Part shown: positions 38,976 through 47,780 of the stretch, one piece after another | Numbering within the stretch: the stretch's first letter is position 1 | Layout: each line of letters starts with the position of its first letter | Assembly (NCBI GenBank): GCA_002256425.1 | Contig: NKIZ01000001.1 | Location: 1,073,943-1,137,942, forward strand | Reading direction: 5' to 3' | Source of the DNA: Alphaproteobacteria bacterium PA2 | GTDB lineage: Bacteria > Pseudomonadota > Alphaproteobacteria > Caulobacterales > Caulobacteraceae | DNA: 64,000 nt | Translations under genes and position numbers: made by a program | The notes under the pieces: model-generated | What the model was told of the DNA's origin: nothing | What the model saw: the letters and a program-made list of their open reading frames with translations, nothing else | Database searches by the model: none

Positions 38976-39021
38976 GTCCTCGCTTGCCCTATTGAGCGGC
39001 GGTCGCCAGGCAAGCGAGGAC
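38976..39021. terminator. 13-bp stem hairpin after P2 (possible terminator or 3' stabiliser)
   Basis: GTCCTCGCTTGCC / GGCAAGCGAGGAC with a 20-nt loop; no U tract. Confidence 0.45.
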
Positions 39022-39203
39022 CTGATCTGCCAGGAGGTGAAATTTTGACAGACCGTCATTCAAGCGCCAAAGAATCAGGCCTATCCTGAACCAGGCTCAA
39101 CCGGACACCGACTGTCCGGGACGCATATTGGACCTCGGGAGACCCGTCTTCAGGCACAGGCTTTCGTTCAACAGCGCGCCTACGCGCACCGGGAGGCCCA
39201 GCC

Positions 39204-39764
39204 ATGGAGGTGCTTAGTCATCCGCCAACTGGGTGGCCGGCCCTTGTGCTGAACGCCGACTTCAGGCCGTTGAGTTATTATCCCCTGTCGCTCTGGCCCT
39301 GGCAGGATGTGATCAAGGCGGTGTTCCTTGATCGCGTTGACGTGGTCTCGACCTACGATCAGACCATCCGGTCACCGTCCTTTGAAATCCAGCTCCCCAG
39401 CGTTGTGGCGCTGAAGAGCTATGTGGCCCAGGACCGGGCTCCGGTCTTCACCCGATTCAACCTGTTTCTCCGGGACTCGTTCTGCTGCCAGTACTGCCGC
39501 AGGGCCGAGGACCTGACCTTTGACCATGTGACCCCCCGGTCACTCGGTGGCCGGACGACCTGGGAGAACATCGTCACCGCCTGCGCCCGGTGCAATTTCA
39601 TCAAGGGCGGCAAGACGCCTGCCCAGGCCAACATGCATCCCTTCGTCAGGCCACGTCAGCCCACCACCTATGAGCTGCAGGAGCGTGGACGGAAGTTCCC
39701 GCCCAACCACCTGCACCGCAGTTGGATGGACTTTCTCTATTGGGACACTGAGCTGGAGGCCTGA
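39204..39764 (+). CDS. HNH endonuclease (McrA/HNH_5-like, ALVLNA family)
   Basis: ALVLNAD N-terminus; CQYC...DHVTPRSLGG...NIVTAC..CN..KG; GGGAGG SD. Confidence 0.9.
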   Translation: MEVLSHPPTGWPALVLNADFRPLSYYPLSLWPWQDVIKAVFLDRVDVVSTYDQTIRSPSFEIQLPSVVALKSYVAQDRAPVFTRFNLFLRDSFCCQYCRRAEDLTFDHVTPRSLGGRTTWENIVTACARCNFIKGGKTPAQANMHPFVRPRQPTTYELQERGRKFPPNHLHRSWMDFLYWDTELEA

Positions 39765-39772
39765 TCCTCTGA

Positions 39773-40690
39773 TCAGGCGACGTCGAACCTGACGGTCGAT
39801 CGCCCGAAGTCCAGGGCGACAGCATCAAACTGCGCCAGAAGGTCCACGCCCAGAATGATGGCGGGCTTGGTCGTGAGATCCCACACCTTGAAGACGCTGG
39901 CTTCGGAGAAGACCACCGGCACATTGCCCAGGGTCAGGCCGCCCAGCCGAAGGAAGGGCAGGTATCCCATTTCCCCAAGAAACTTCTCGCCCACCAGGGA
40001 GGTCAGTTCGACCTGTTCCACATGGGTCCTTCCCGCATCAGCACGGTTCAGAAGCCGCCGCAGCGCCGCATTGCCAATGGAGACCTGCGATCCCGAGTCG
40101 ATCATGGCGCTGATCGGGGCGCCGCTCATGTCGGCGTCCACCATGGTCAACTGACCGGAACGTCGGCGGGCCGGCACCACAACCCGATTGAAGGAGCTGG
40201 TCTCGTGCTTAGGCGGGGCGATCTCGAGGCTCTTGCCCTTGAAGTCCAGGACCAGTCGGCGTGATTTCAGCCAGTCGACTCCCAGAACGCCCCGGGATTC
40301 CTGCGAAGGCATGGGCAGGACGGGAATATTGATCCGCCTCTGGCTCCTGCCGGCAATCTCAAGGCGCTCCACCCGCGCCGTTGGTCGGGGGTGACTGCTG
40401 ACCATGGTGCGAATGGCGACCATGGGGCCCTCAGGAAGATCCAGTTCGTCGGCCAGCTCCCGGGAAATGCAGGAGCGGTTGGCCCCGGTGTCGACCAGGA
40501 AGTTGAAAGGACCCTTGCCGTTGATCAGGACCGGCGCCACCAGACGTGTCGCCTTGTCACGGGTAGCCGGAACCCGGCTGGCGGTTTCATTGGGCGAGAC
40601 CTCGTCCTGCTCCTGGGCGAAAGCCGTCAGGGGCGCGAGGGCGCCTGTCGCTGCGAGCATGTGGGCGAGTGAACGTCGACTGATCGTCAT
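39773..40690 (-). CDS. Two-domain retropepsin-like aspartyl protease with Tat signal
   Basis: SRRSL Tat motif; FLVDTGA and AMIDSGS catalytic motifs; ILGVDLL. Confidence 0.88.
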   Translation of the reverse strand: MTISRRSLAHMLAATGALAPLTAFAQEQDEVSPNETASRVPATRDKATRLVAPVLINGKGPFNFLVDTGANRSCISRELADELDLPEGPMVAIRTMVSSHPRPTARVERLEIAGRSQRRINIPVLPMPSQESRGVLGVDWLKSRRLVLDFKGKSLEIAPPKHETSSFNRVVVPARRRSGQLTMVDADMSGAPISAMIDSGSQVSIGNAALRRLLNRADAGRTHVEQVELTSLVGEKFLGEMGYLPFLRLGGLTLGNVPVVFSEASVFKVWDLTTKPAIILGVDLLAQFDAVALDFGRSTVRFDVA

Positions 40691-40768
40691 GTCCGAAAAC
40701 CCTTTTTGATACCGCAGCCTAACTTCGAATGGCCGACCATTCAAATTAAACTCCGGCAAGGCCGTGCG

Positions 40769-41419
40769 CTATGGCATCGCAGGCCGGGCCTCGCGCCACA
40801 TGGCGAAGAGGGGAGGGGCGTCAGGTCGGGCCCTGTATTCCTCCACCACTTCAAATCCGTGGCGTTCGTACAGGGGAACATTGGCGGGGTTCGAGCTTTC
40901 GAGGAAGGCGTGACGGCCCTGGGCGTCGACCTCTCTCAGGCCCGCGGCCAGCAGGCGCGAGCCGACCCCATAGCCCTGGGCCTCGGGCCGGACACCCAGA
41001 AACCAGAGGTAGGCGTGTGGTCGGTCCTTTGGATGATGGGCCTCCATGGCGTTGCGCATGGCGATCATCCTCGGCAGGCGGGCGAGGCCTGTGAGGGCTG
41101 CGATCCTGGGCAGGCTGCGAAGGGATTCCAGCAAGGGGGTAGGGCCCAGAGCGTCAGATGGCAGCCAGATCGCTGCGGCGCCCCCTGTGGCAGGGCGCTG
41201 CACCACGCCGTCCGGCAGGGCTGATCCCAGCAGGAGCCCATAGAACAGCCGGAGCCTGGCGGTGTCATGCCCAGCATCTGGCCTGAGGAACCAGAGAAAC
41301 TGCGGGTCCTGGGCGAAGGCTGCGGAGAGGTCGTCGGCGACCTGGCCAACCTGGTCGCGGCTAGCGCGAACCGGCGCTTCTGCGGCAAGTCGCAGGGCGA
41401 CGATCTCCGCCTCGGTCAC
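40769..41419 (-). CDS. GNAT family N-acetyltransferase
   Basis: YLWFLGVRPEAQGYGVG, LESSNPANVPLYERHGF. GTG start taken at the GTGA overlap with coq7. Confidence 0.85.
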   Translation of the reverse strand: MTEAEIVALRLAAEAPVRASRDQVGQVADDLSAAFAQDPQFLWFLRPDAGHDTARLRLFYGLLLGSALPDGVVQRPATGGAAAIWLPSDALGPTPLLESLRSLPRIAALTGLARLPRMIAMRNAMEAHHPKDRPHAYLWFLGVRPEAQGYGVGSRLLAAGLREVDAQGRHAFLESSNPANVPLYERHGFEVVEEYRARPDAPPLFAMWREARPAMP

Positions 41420-41979
41420 AGCTTTTCGCTGATCTTGATGGCGGTCAGGCAACCGGCCTTGATGACGGCCGCCAGCACCGGATAGCCGGGGGTCGACGTC
41501 GCCCCCTCGGCCATGGCGTGATCACGATGGGACAGTTCCTCATCGCGGAACTGACTGAGCTCGGCCGCGAGTTCGGGATCGGAACCCGAGATTTCGGCGA
41601 TCTGTCCGGCATAGTGCTTTTCGATCACGCTCTCGACAGCGACGGTGCAGGCGTGGGCGGCCTTTTCGCCCATCAGGGCCGTGCCCGCGCCCAGGGCATA
41701 GCCAGCCAGTCGCCAAAGGGGCGCCATGAGGGTGGGCCGGACCTGATGGGAGTTCAGAAGGGCGTCGAAGCGGGCCAGGTGCACCGCTTCATGGCCCTCC
41801 ATCTCGGTAAGCTGCTCGACAATGCGCGCCCGACCGGGCGCTGCCCCCAGCACGGCGCGTTGGCCGCGATAGATGTGGACGGCGGCCAGTTCGCCCGCGT
41901 GGTCAACTCGAAGCATCTCTGCCAGCCGGGCCTTGGCGGCGCCCCTTCCGGGGCGGGCTGGAATGGGCTTTTCAGTCAT
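41416..41979 (-). CDS. coq7: Demethoxyubiquinone hydroxylase, Coq7 family
   Basis: RVDHAGE..A..IYRGQ, E..H, CT.AVE..I..HY, FRDEE..H di-iron ligands. Confidence 0.92.
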   Translation of the reverse strand: MTEKPIPARPGRGAAKARLAEMLRVDHAGELAAVHIYRGQRAVLGAAPGRARIVEQLTEMEGHEAVHLARFDALLNSHQVRPTLMAPLWRLAGYALGAGTALMGEKAAHACTVAVESVIEKHYAGQIAEISGSDPELAAELSQFRDEELSHRDHAMAEGATSTPGYPVLAAVIKAGCLTAIKISEKL

Positions 41980-42494
41980 GCAAACTGCCGTCGGCTGGTG
42001 GCCGCCATCAAGCTCAGAATGGTGAGCTTCAGGGAAATCAGGACGTTGTATCCGGCCATGGAAATGCCGAAGAGCCGCCAGGCAGCTTCATCGCAGGACG
42101 GAGGCTTGATCTTCGCCGTGCCCTCGGCGATGGCCGCCAGGGCGCCCAGGTCGACCTTGCCGCCTGACGAGGCGCAGGTTGTCGGCCCTGGCCACCACTT
42201 CCATTCAGCGCCCGAATGGTAGATGGCGATGCCCATCCCAATGGCGAATGCGAGGGCCAGGGCGATATTGAAGGCCCAGCGGAAGCGTTTCATGCCTGGC
42301 CGGGAGGTCAGCACCATGCCGACCAGGGCTATGGCGCCCGCCGCCCAGTAAACCGTCCTCTGATGCAGGCAGAGCGTGCAGGGCGCATATCCGCCAAAGG
42401 TCTCAAAAGCATGGGCTATGGCCAGCATGAGGGCGGACGAAAACAGCGCCCACCCGAGCCAGCGATCAAGGAAATAGCCGATGAGTTTGGACAT
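41976..42494 (-). CDS. dsbB: Disulfide bond formation protein B
   Basis: PCTLCLHQR, YHSGAE..WW.GP..C, second Cys pair (SCD), TM segments. Confidence 0.88.
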   Translation of the reverse strand: MSKLIGYFLDRWLGWALFSSALMLAIAHAFETFGGYAPCTLCLHQRTVYWAAGAIALVGMVLTSRPGMKRFRWAFNIALALAFAIGMGIAIYHSGAEWKWWPGPTTCASSGGKVDLGALAAIAEGTAKIKPPSCDEAAWRLFGISMAGYNVLISLKLTILSLMAATSRRQFA

Positions 42495-42520
42495 GATGCG
42501 ATTAGACCCGAAAATGGCGC

Positions 42521-43099
42521 CTAGCCCAAGACCTTGATCGCAACCACGGCTCCGACCAACAGGGTGAGGCCGAGGATCGAATAGAAGGTCAGTCGCCTTT
42601 CAAACTCTTCCCGGATGGCCGGACCAAAATACTTCAGAAGGGCGGCGGCAAGGAAAAACCGGGCGCCGCGGGTAACCACCGAGGCCCAGACAAAAGTCAC
42701 GAAGGAGAAGTGAGCAAGGCCCGAGGCAATGGTCACCAGCTTGTAGGGAATGGGCGTAAGACCCTTGATCAGTATGACCCACAGGCCCCACTTGCTGAAC
42801 CAGGCCTGGAAGGCCTGCTGGCCATCGGCATGTCCCAGCAGGGCCAGAAGCCATTCGCCAAATCCGACCAGATAAAAGCCGATGGCGTAGCCCAGGCACC
42901 CGCCCAGGACGGAGGCGGCCGTGCAGATCCCTGCATAGACAAAGGCCCTCTCCCGGCGCGCCAGCACCATGGGCGCCAGCATGACATCAGGCGGTATGGG
43001 AAAGAACGAACTTTCCGCAAATGACACCACCGCCAGGGCCCAGGGGGCGCGGGGGGAACCAGCGAGGTTCATGACCCCGTCGTACAGCTTTCGAAACAT
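42521..43099 (-). CDS. YqaA/DedA (VTT) family membrane protein
   Basis: SFAESSFFPIPPD, LTPIPYK, RGARFF. Confidence 0.88.
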   Translation of the reverse strand: MFRKLYDGVMNLAGSPRAPWALAVVSFAESSFFPIPPDVMLAPMVLARRERAFVYAGICTAASVLGGCLGYAIGFYLVGFGEWLLALLGHADGQQAFQAWFSKWGLWVILIKGLTPIPYKLVTIASGLAHFSFVTFVWASVVTRGARFFLAAALLKYFGPAIREEFERRLTFYSILGLTLLVGAVVAIKVLG

Positions 43100-43174
43100 C
43101 AGGATTCCGATTCCAACTCGCCTGCTTGCTAGCAGGACGGCGGCCCCTTGTCTCTTGTCGCGCACTGGGGCATT

Positions 43175-43192
43175 TAGTTACAAATGATACGA
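43175..43192. promoter_or_regulatory. Candidate MarR operator upstream of hppD
   Basis: AT-rich imperfect palindrome TAGTTACAAATGATACGA in a GC-rich background; the operon ends in a MarR gene. Confidence 0.35.
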
Positions 43193-43218
43193 ATTCACCC
43201 GATCAGGACCTGCCACTG

Positions 43219-44307
43219 ATGAACGCCAATTCGCGCGACCTGTTTGAAAACCCCCTCGGCACAGACGGCTTCGAGTTTGTGGAGTTCACCTCGCCTGAGC
43301 CGGACAGGCTGAAGGCCCTGTTCGAGCAGATGGGTTTTACGGCGACGGACCGTCACCGTTCAAAGAACGTCCTGAGGTTCCGGCAGGGGGACATCAACCT
43401 GATCCTGAACATGGAGCCCAATGGCCAGGCTGCCGATTTCCGGCAGGTCCATGGCCCTTCGGCCAACGCCATGGCCTTCCGGGTCAAGGATGCGGCAAGG
43501 GCGCTGCAGCTGGCGGTCGAGCGCGGCGCCGAGGCGGTGCAGGGGCCGGTCGGGCCGATGGAGCTGAACATTCCCGCCATCAAGGGGATCGGGGGCTCGA
43601 ACCTCTATCTGGTGGACCGGTACGGGGCCCAGGCCATCTATGATGTGGACTTCCTTCCGATCCCCGGCGCAGTGGAGCAACTGCAAGCCAACAGCCTGGG
43701 CCTGACCTATCTCGATCACCTGACCCACAATGTCTTCCGGGGCCAGATGGGCGCCTGGGCGGGCTTCTATGAGCAGATCTTCAACTTCCGGGAAATCCGC
43801 TATTTCGACATCGAGGGCGCCCAGACGGGTCTTGTCTCGAAGGCCATGACCAGCCCCTGCGGCAAGATCCGGATCCCCCTGAACGAGAGCCAGGACGACC
43901 ACTCCCAGATCGAGGAGTTCCTGCGGGACTATGGTGGCGAGGGCATCCAGCATATCGCCCTGGGATCCGATGACATCCATGCCAGCGTCGAGGCGATGAA
44001 GGCTCGTGGCGTCCACTTCCAGGATACCATCGACACCTATTTCGACGGCATCGACGCCCGGGTTCCGGGGCACGGCGAAGACGTCGCTCGGCTGCGGGCC
44101 AACCGCGTCCTGCTGGATGGCGCGCCGACGGAGGGACAGGGACTGCTGCTGCAGATCTTTACCGAGAACATGATCGGCCCGATCTTTTTCGAACTGATCC
44201 AGCGCAAGGGAAATGAAGGTTTCGGCGAGGGCAATTTCAAGGCCCTGTTTGAGTCGATTGAACTGGACCAGATTCGCCGCGGGGTGTTGCCTAAGGCCGA
44301 CGCGTAA
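43219..44307 (+). CDS. hppD: 4-hydroxyphenylpyruvate dioxygenase
   Basis: NPLGTDGFEFVEF, DHLTHNV, EGIQHIAL, LLQIF, FFELIQRKGNEGFGEGNF. Confidence 0.96.
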   Translation: MNANSRDLFENPLGTDGFEFVEFTSPEPDRLKALFEQMGFTATDRHRSKNVLRFRQGDINLILNMEPNGQAADFRQVHGPSANAMAFRVKDAARALQLAVERGAEAVQGPVGPMELNIPAIKGIGGSNLYLVDRYGAQAIYDVDFLPIPGAVEQLQANSLGLTYLDHLTHNVFRGQMGAWAGFYEQIFNFREIRYFDIEGAQTGLVSKAMTSPCGKIRIPLNESQDDHSQIEEFLRDYGGEGIQHIALGSDDIHASVEAMKARGVHFQDTIDTYFDGIDARVPGHGEDVARLRANRVLLDGAPTEGQGLLLQIFTENMIGPIFFELIQRKGNEGFGEGNFKALFESIELDQIRRGVLPKADA

Positions 44308-44346
44308 TCTCCCCCCCCTGCTTCTGGCGCTGCATCTGGATTCCCA

Positions 44347-45336
44347 ATGACTGACCCGTCCTCACGCCGCTGGTCCATCGCCATCCATGGGGGCGCGGGC
44401 GCCATAACCCGCGACCGGCTCAATCCGGAACAGGACGCCGCCTATCGTCAGGCTCTTGCACGGGCGGCGGAAGCCGGTGCTGCGGTGCTGGCCTCTGGTG
44501 GGCCTGGTCTCGATGCCGTTGAGGCCGCCCTGCACGTCCTTGAGGATGATCCCCTGTTCAACGCCGGCCGGGGCGCTGCCTTCAGCGCCGGGGGTCGCAA
44601 TGAAATGGATGCGGCCATCATGAATGGCGCCAATCTCCAGGCAGGGGCTGTCGCCGGAGTCACCGAAACCCGCCATCCGATCACCCTGGCCCGGGCTGTG
44701 ATGGAAAAATCGGATCATGTCCTGCTCACAGGTGATCAGGCCGACGCCTTCGGCCGGTCCGTTGGCGTCGAGGCCATCGATCCGGCCTTCTTCTTCGTGG
44801 AGCGCCGCTGGCGCAGTCTGGAACGCTACCTGCAGGCTCAGGGCCTTGCGGTTCCACCTCGCCCGGCGGGCGCCAGCCCGGACGCCCAGGGCCATCTGGT
44901 TCATGACGAGGGAAAGCACGGCACAGTCGGCGCTGTGGTCCGGGACATGGAAGGCCATGTGGCGGCAGGCACTTCAACGGGCGGCACCACAGGCAAGCGC
45001 TGGGGCAGGGTCGGAGATTCGCCGATCATCGGCGCCGGAACCTATGCCGATGACCGGTCCTGCGCCGTCTCGGCCACTGGCGTGGGAGAATACTTCATCC
45101 GCCTGGCCGTCGCCCATGACATCAGCGCCCGCGTGCGGTTCGCCGGCATGAGTCTTCAGGCGGCGGTGGACGCGGTCATTCAGCAGGAACTCACCGACCT
45201 TGGCGGCGAGGGCGGGGTAATCGCCGTCGCGCCGAGCGGCGAGATCGCCTGGAGCTTCAACACCACGGGAATGTACCGGGCCAGCCAGACGGCGGGCGGG
45301 CCCCTGCAGGTCAGCATCTACAAGGACGAACCCTGA
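44347..45336 (+). CDS. Isoaspartyl peptidase / L-asparaginase (Ntn hydrolase)
   Basis: IAIHGGAG, FNAGRGA, HGTVGAV (Thr nucleophile), GTSTGG, GRVGDSPIIGAG. Confidence 0.92.
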   Translation: MTDPSSRRWSIAIHGGAGAITRDRLNPEQDAAYRQALARAAEAGAAVLASGGPGLDAVEAALHVLEDDPLFNAGRGAAFSAGGRNEMDAAIMNGANLQAGAVAGVTETRHPITLARAVMEKSDHVLLTGDQADAFGRSVGVEAIDPAFFFVERRWRSLERYLQAQGLAVPPRPAGASPDAQGHLVHDEGKHGTVGAVVRDMEGHVAAGTSTGGTTGKRWGRVGDSPIIGAGTYADDRSCAVSATGVGEYFIRLAVAHDISARVRFAGMSLQAAVDAVIQQELTDLGGEGGVIAVAPSGEIAWSFNTTGMYRASQTAGGPLQVSIYKDEP

Positions 45337-46463
45337 TGGCCAGAAACTGGATCCCGGTCCGCGGCGCGCAGGGAACCCATTCCCGGCAGGCTCATGCCGA
45401 CATGCCTCCGGGAACCTATGAGCGGGAAATGTCCAAGGAGGGGTTCTTCGGCCCGGCCGCCTTCCTGCATCACGCAAACCCGCCTACGGGCTGGGTGGAT
45501 TTCCAGGGTCCCCTGAGGCCCCGGGCCTTTGATCTGGCCCGCCTGGAAGAAGGGGCGACCTCGCCCTGGTCTGCCCCGGTCATCCTGCACAATGCCGCCA
45601 CCGAAGTCCGGTTCTGGAAACTCAGCGCGCCCATGGCTGACCTGGCCCGCAATGGCGATGGCGACCAGCTGCTCTTCATCCATCAGGGGCAGGGCGAACT
45701 GTTCTGCGACTTCGGCCGTCTGGCCTATGCCGCGGGAGACTATCTCTACCTGCCCCGTGGAACCATGTGGCGGCTGATCCCGGCAGCTCCCACAGCCATA
45801 CTGATGATCCAGGCGACCAACACCCACTTCACCCTGCCGGACAAGGGCATGCTGGGCGGGCACGCCCTGTTCGACCCCGCCATGCTGGACATACCGCAGA
45901 TGGATGAGGCCTTCCGCGCCCATCAGGCCCTGCCCGGGGCCTGTCGCATAGAGATCAAGAAGCGGGGTCAGGTCTCCGTCGCCACCTATCCCTACAATCC
46001 CCTGGACGCCGTCGGCTGGCACGGCGAGCTGGCGCCGGCGCGGATCAATGTGAAGGATCTGAGGCCGGTGGTCAGCCTGCGCTATCACCTGCCGCCCAGT
46101 GTCCACACCACCTTCGTCTCGGATCGCTTTGTGGTCTGCACCTTTGCGCCGCGGCCCTTCGAGACCGATCCCGGAGCCCTCAAGGTGCCGTTTTTCCATA
46201 ACAATGACGACTATGACGAGGTCCTGTTCTACCACGCCGGCGACTTCTTCAGCCGCGACAATATCGATGCCGGCATGATGACCTTCCACCCTTCCGGGTT
46301 CACCCACGGGCCACATCCCAAGGCCCTGAAGAACATGTTGGTTCAGCCCAAGACCGCCACGGACGAGTACGCCGTGATGATCGACACCCGCGACCCGCTG
46401 GATGTGGGCGAGGCCGCAGGTTCGGTGGAGAACCTCGCCTATGTCGACAGCTGGAAAGCCTGA
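45336..46463 (+). CDS. hmgA: Homogentisate 1,2-dioxygenase
   Basis: RNGDGD.LLFIH.G, PLDAVGWHG, PFFHNNDDYDEVLFYH, HP.GFTHGPHP. Confidence 0.9.
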   Translation: MARNWIPVRGAQGTHSRQAHADMPPGTYEREMSKEGFFGPAAFLHHANPPTGWVDFQGPLRPRAFDLARLEEGATSPWSAPVILHNAATEVRFWKLSAPMADLARNGDGDQLLFIHQGQGELFCDFGRLAYAAGDYLYLPRGTMWRLIPAAPTAILMIQATNTHFTLPDKGMLGGHALFDPAMLDIPQMDEAFRAHQALPGACRIEIKKRGQVSVATYPYNPLDAVGWHGELAPARINVKDLRPVVSLRYHLPPSVHTTFVSDRFVVCTFAPRPFETDPGALKVPFFHNNDDYDEVLFYHAGDFFSRDNIDAGMMTFHPSGFTHGPHPKALKNMLVQPKTATDEYAVMIDTRDPLDVGEAAGSVENLAYVDSWKA

Positions 46464-46732
46464 TGTCCTTCATCGCCATTGACGCTGATCTGGCCGCTGC
46501 GGCGGACGAGGAACTGGACCGGGCCTGCGACCTGTCCTGGCGGGACCTGTCAGGCATCATTCCCTGGGGGGACAGCTATGAAGGCGTCACGCCTGGCGGA
46601 CGGGATGCGGTTTTCGAGCGCAACTACATCTGGGCCGAGGCGCCGCGCGGCGACATCTGCGTCGAAGTCCTTGTCCACCTGCCACGCAATTTCGAGCAGG
46701 GCGCGAAACGCACTCGCCTGATCAAGCGTTAG
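46463..46732 (+). CDS. Hypothetical 89-aa protein coupled to hmgA
   Basis: TGATG overlap with the hmgA stop; PWGDSYEG..P and FERNY.W motifs; no family recognised. Confidence 0.6.
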   Translation: MSFIAIDADLAAAADEELDRACDLSWRDLSGIIPWGDSYEGVTPGGRDAVFERNYIWAEAPRGDICVEVLVHLPRNFEQGAKRTRLIKR

Positions 46733-46772
46733 GGGACATGCTCCTGCCAACAAACAAGACAGAGGAAACGCA

Positions 46773-47780
46773 ATGAAGCTGGCGTCATTGAAGTGGGGGC
46801 GTGATGGCCGCCTCGTCGTCGTGTCCCGGGACCTGGCCTGGTGTGTCGAAGCCGGCGAGTTCGCGCCGACCCTGCAGGCAGCCCTCGACGACTGGGACCG
46901 CTGCGAGCCCCTCCTGCGCGGCCTGGCCGAGGGTCTGGAACACGGCTCCATCCCCCGGGTGCGCTTCCACGAACATGACGCCGAAAGCCCCCTGCCCAGG
47001 GCCTATCAGTGGGCCGACGGCTCGGCCTATGTGAACCACGTGGCCCTGGTGAGGCAGGCGCGGGCCGCCGACATGCCCGCCAGCTTCTGGACTGACCCCC
47101 TGATGTATCAGGGCGGATCGGACAGCTTCCTGGCGCCCCGCGACCCCATTCCCCTGGCCGATGAGGCCTGGGGCTGCGACATGGAAGGCGAGATCGCCGT
47201 GATCGTCGGCGACGTGCCCCAGGGCGCCACTCGGGAAGAGGGGCTGGCGGCGGTCCGTCTGGTCCTGCTGGCCAATGACGTCTCCCTGCGCAACCTGATC
47301 CCGGGCGAGATCTCCAAGAGCTTCGGCTTCTTCCAGTCCAAGCCGTCTTCGGCCTTTTCGCCGGTCGCGGTGACCCCGGACGACCTGGGCGCGGCCTGGA
47401 AGGACGGCAAGCTGCACGGCGCCCTCGAGGTCGAACTGAACGGCAAGCCCCTGGGCGAGGCGGACGCCGGTGTCGACATGACTTTCGACTTCGGAACCCT
47501 GATCGCCCACGCCGCAAAGACCCGCGCTCTCTGCGCCGGAACCATCATCGGATCGGGCACCGTGTCGAATCGCGGTCCTGACGGAGGTCCAGGGAAAACC
47601 GTCGCCGATGGCGGTGTTGGCTATTCCTGCCTCGCCGAGTTGCGGACCGTTGAAACCCTTGCCCAAGGCGCACCCAAAACACCCTTTCTCAAGATCGGCG
47701 ATCGCGTGAGAATTGAAATGCGCGACGCCAAACGTCACTCAATATTCGGAGCGATAGAGCAGGAGGTTCAGGCTCCGTGA
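46773..47780 (+). CDS. Fumarylacetoacetate hydrolase family protein
   Basis: DMEGEIAV, LANDVSLR, QSKP, GTIIGSGTVS; sits in the tyrosine catabolic operon. Confidence 0.9.
   Translation: MKLASLKWGRDGRLVVVSRDLAWCVEAGEFAPTLQAALDDWDRCEPLLRGLAEGLEHGSIPRVRFHEHDAESPLPRAYQWADGSAYVNHVALVRQARAADMPASFWTDPLMYQGGSDSFLAPRDPIPLADEAWGCDMEGEIAVIVGDVPQGATREEGLAAVRLVLLANDVSLRNLIPGEISKSFGFFQSKPSSAFSPVAVTPDDLGAAWKDGKLHGALEVELNGKPLGEADAGVDMTFDFGTLIAHAAKTRALCAGTIIGSGTVSNRGPDGGPGKTVADGGVGYSCLAELRTVETLAQGAPKTPFLKIGDRVRIEMRDAKRHSIFGAIEQEVQAP

Noticed and set aside
39204-39764. IscB/HEARO-type RNA-guided nuclease interpretation of the HNH gene
   Set aside because: The protein is only 186 aa, with no RuvC motifs or PLMP N-terminus, and the upstream region shows no IS200/605-like ends.
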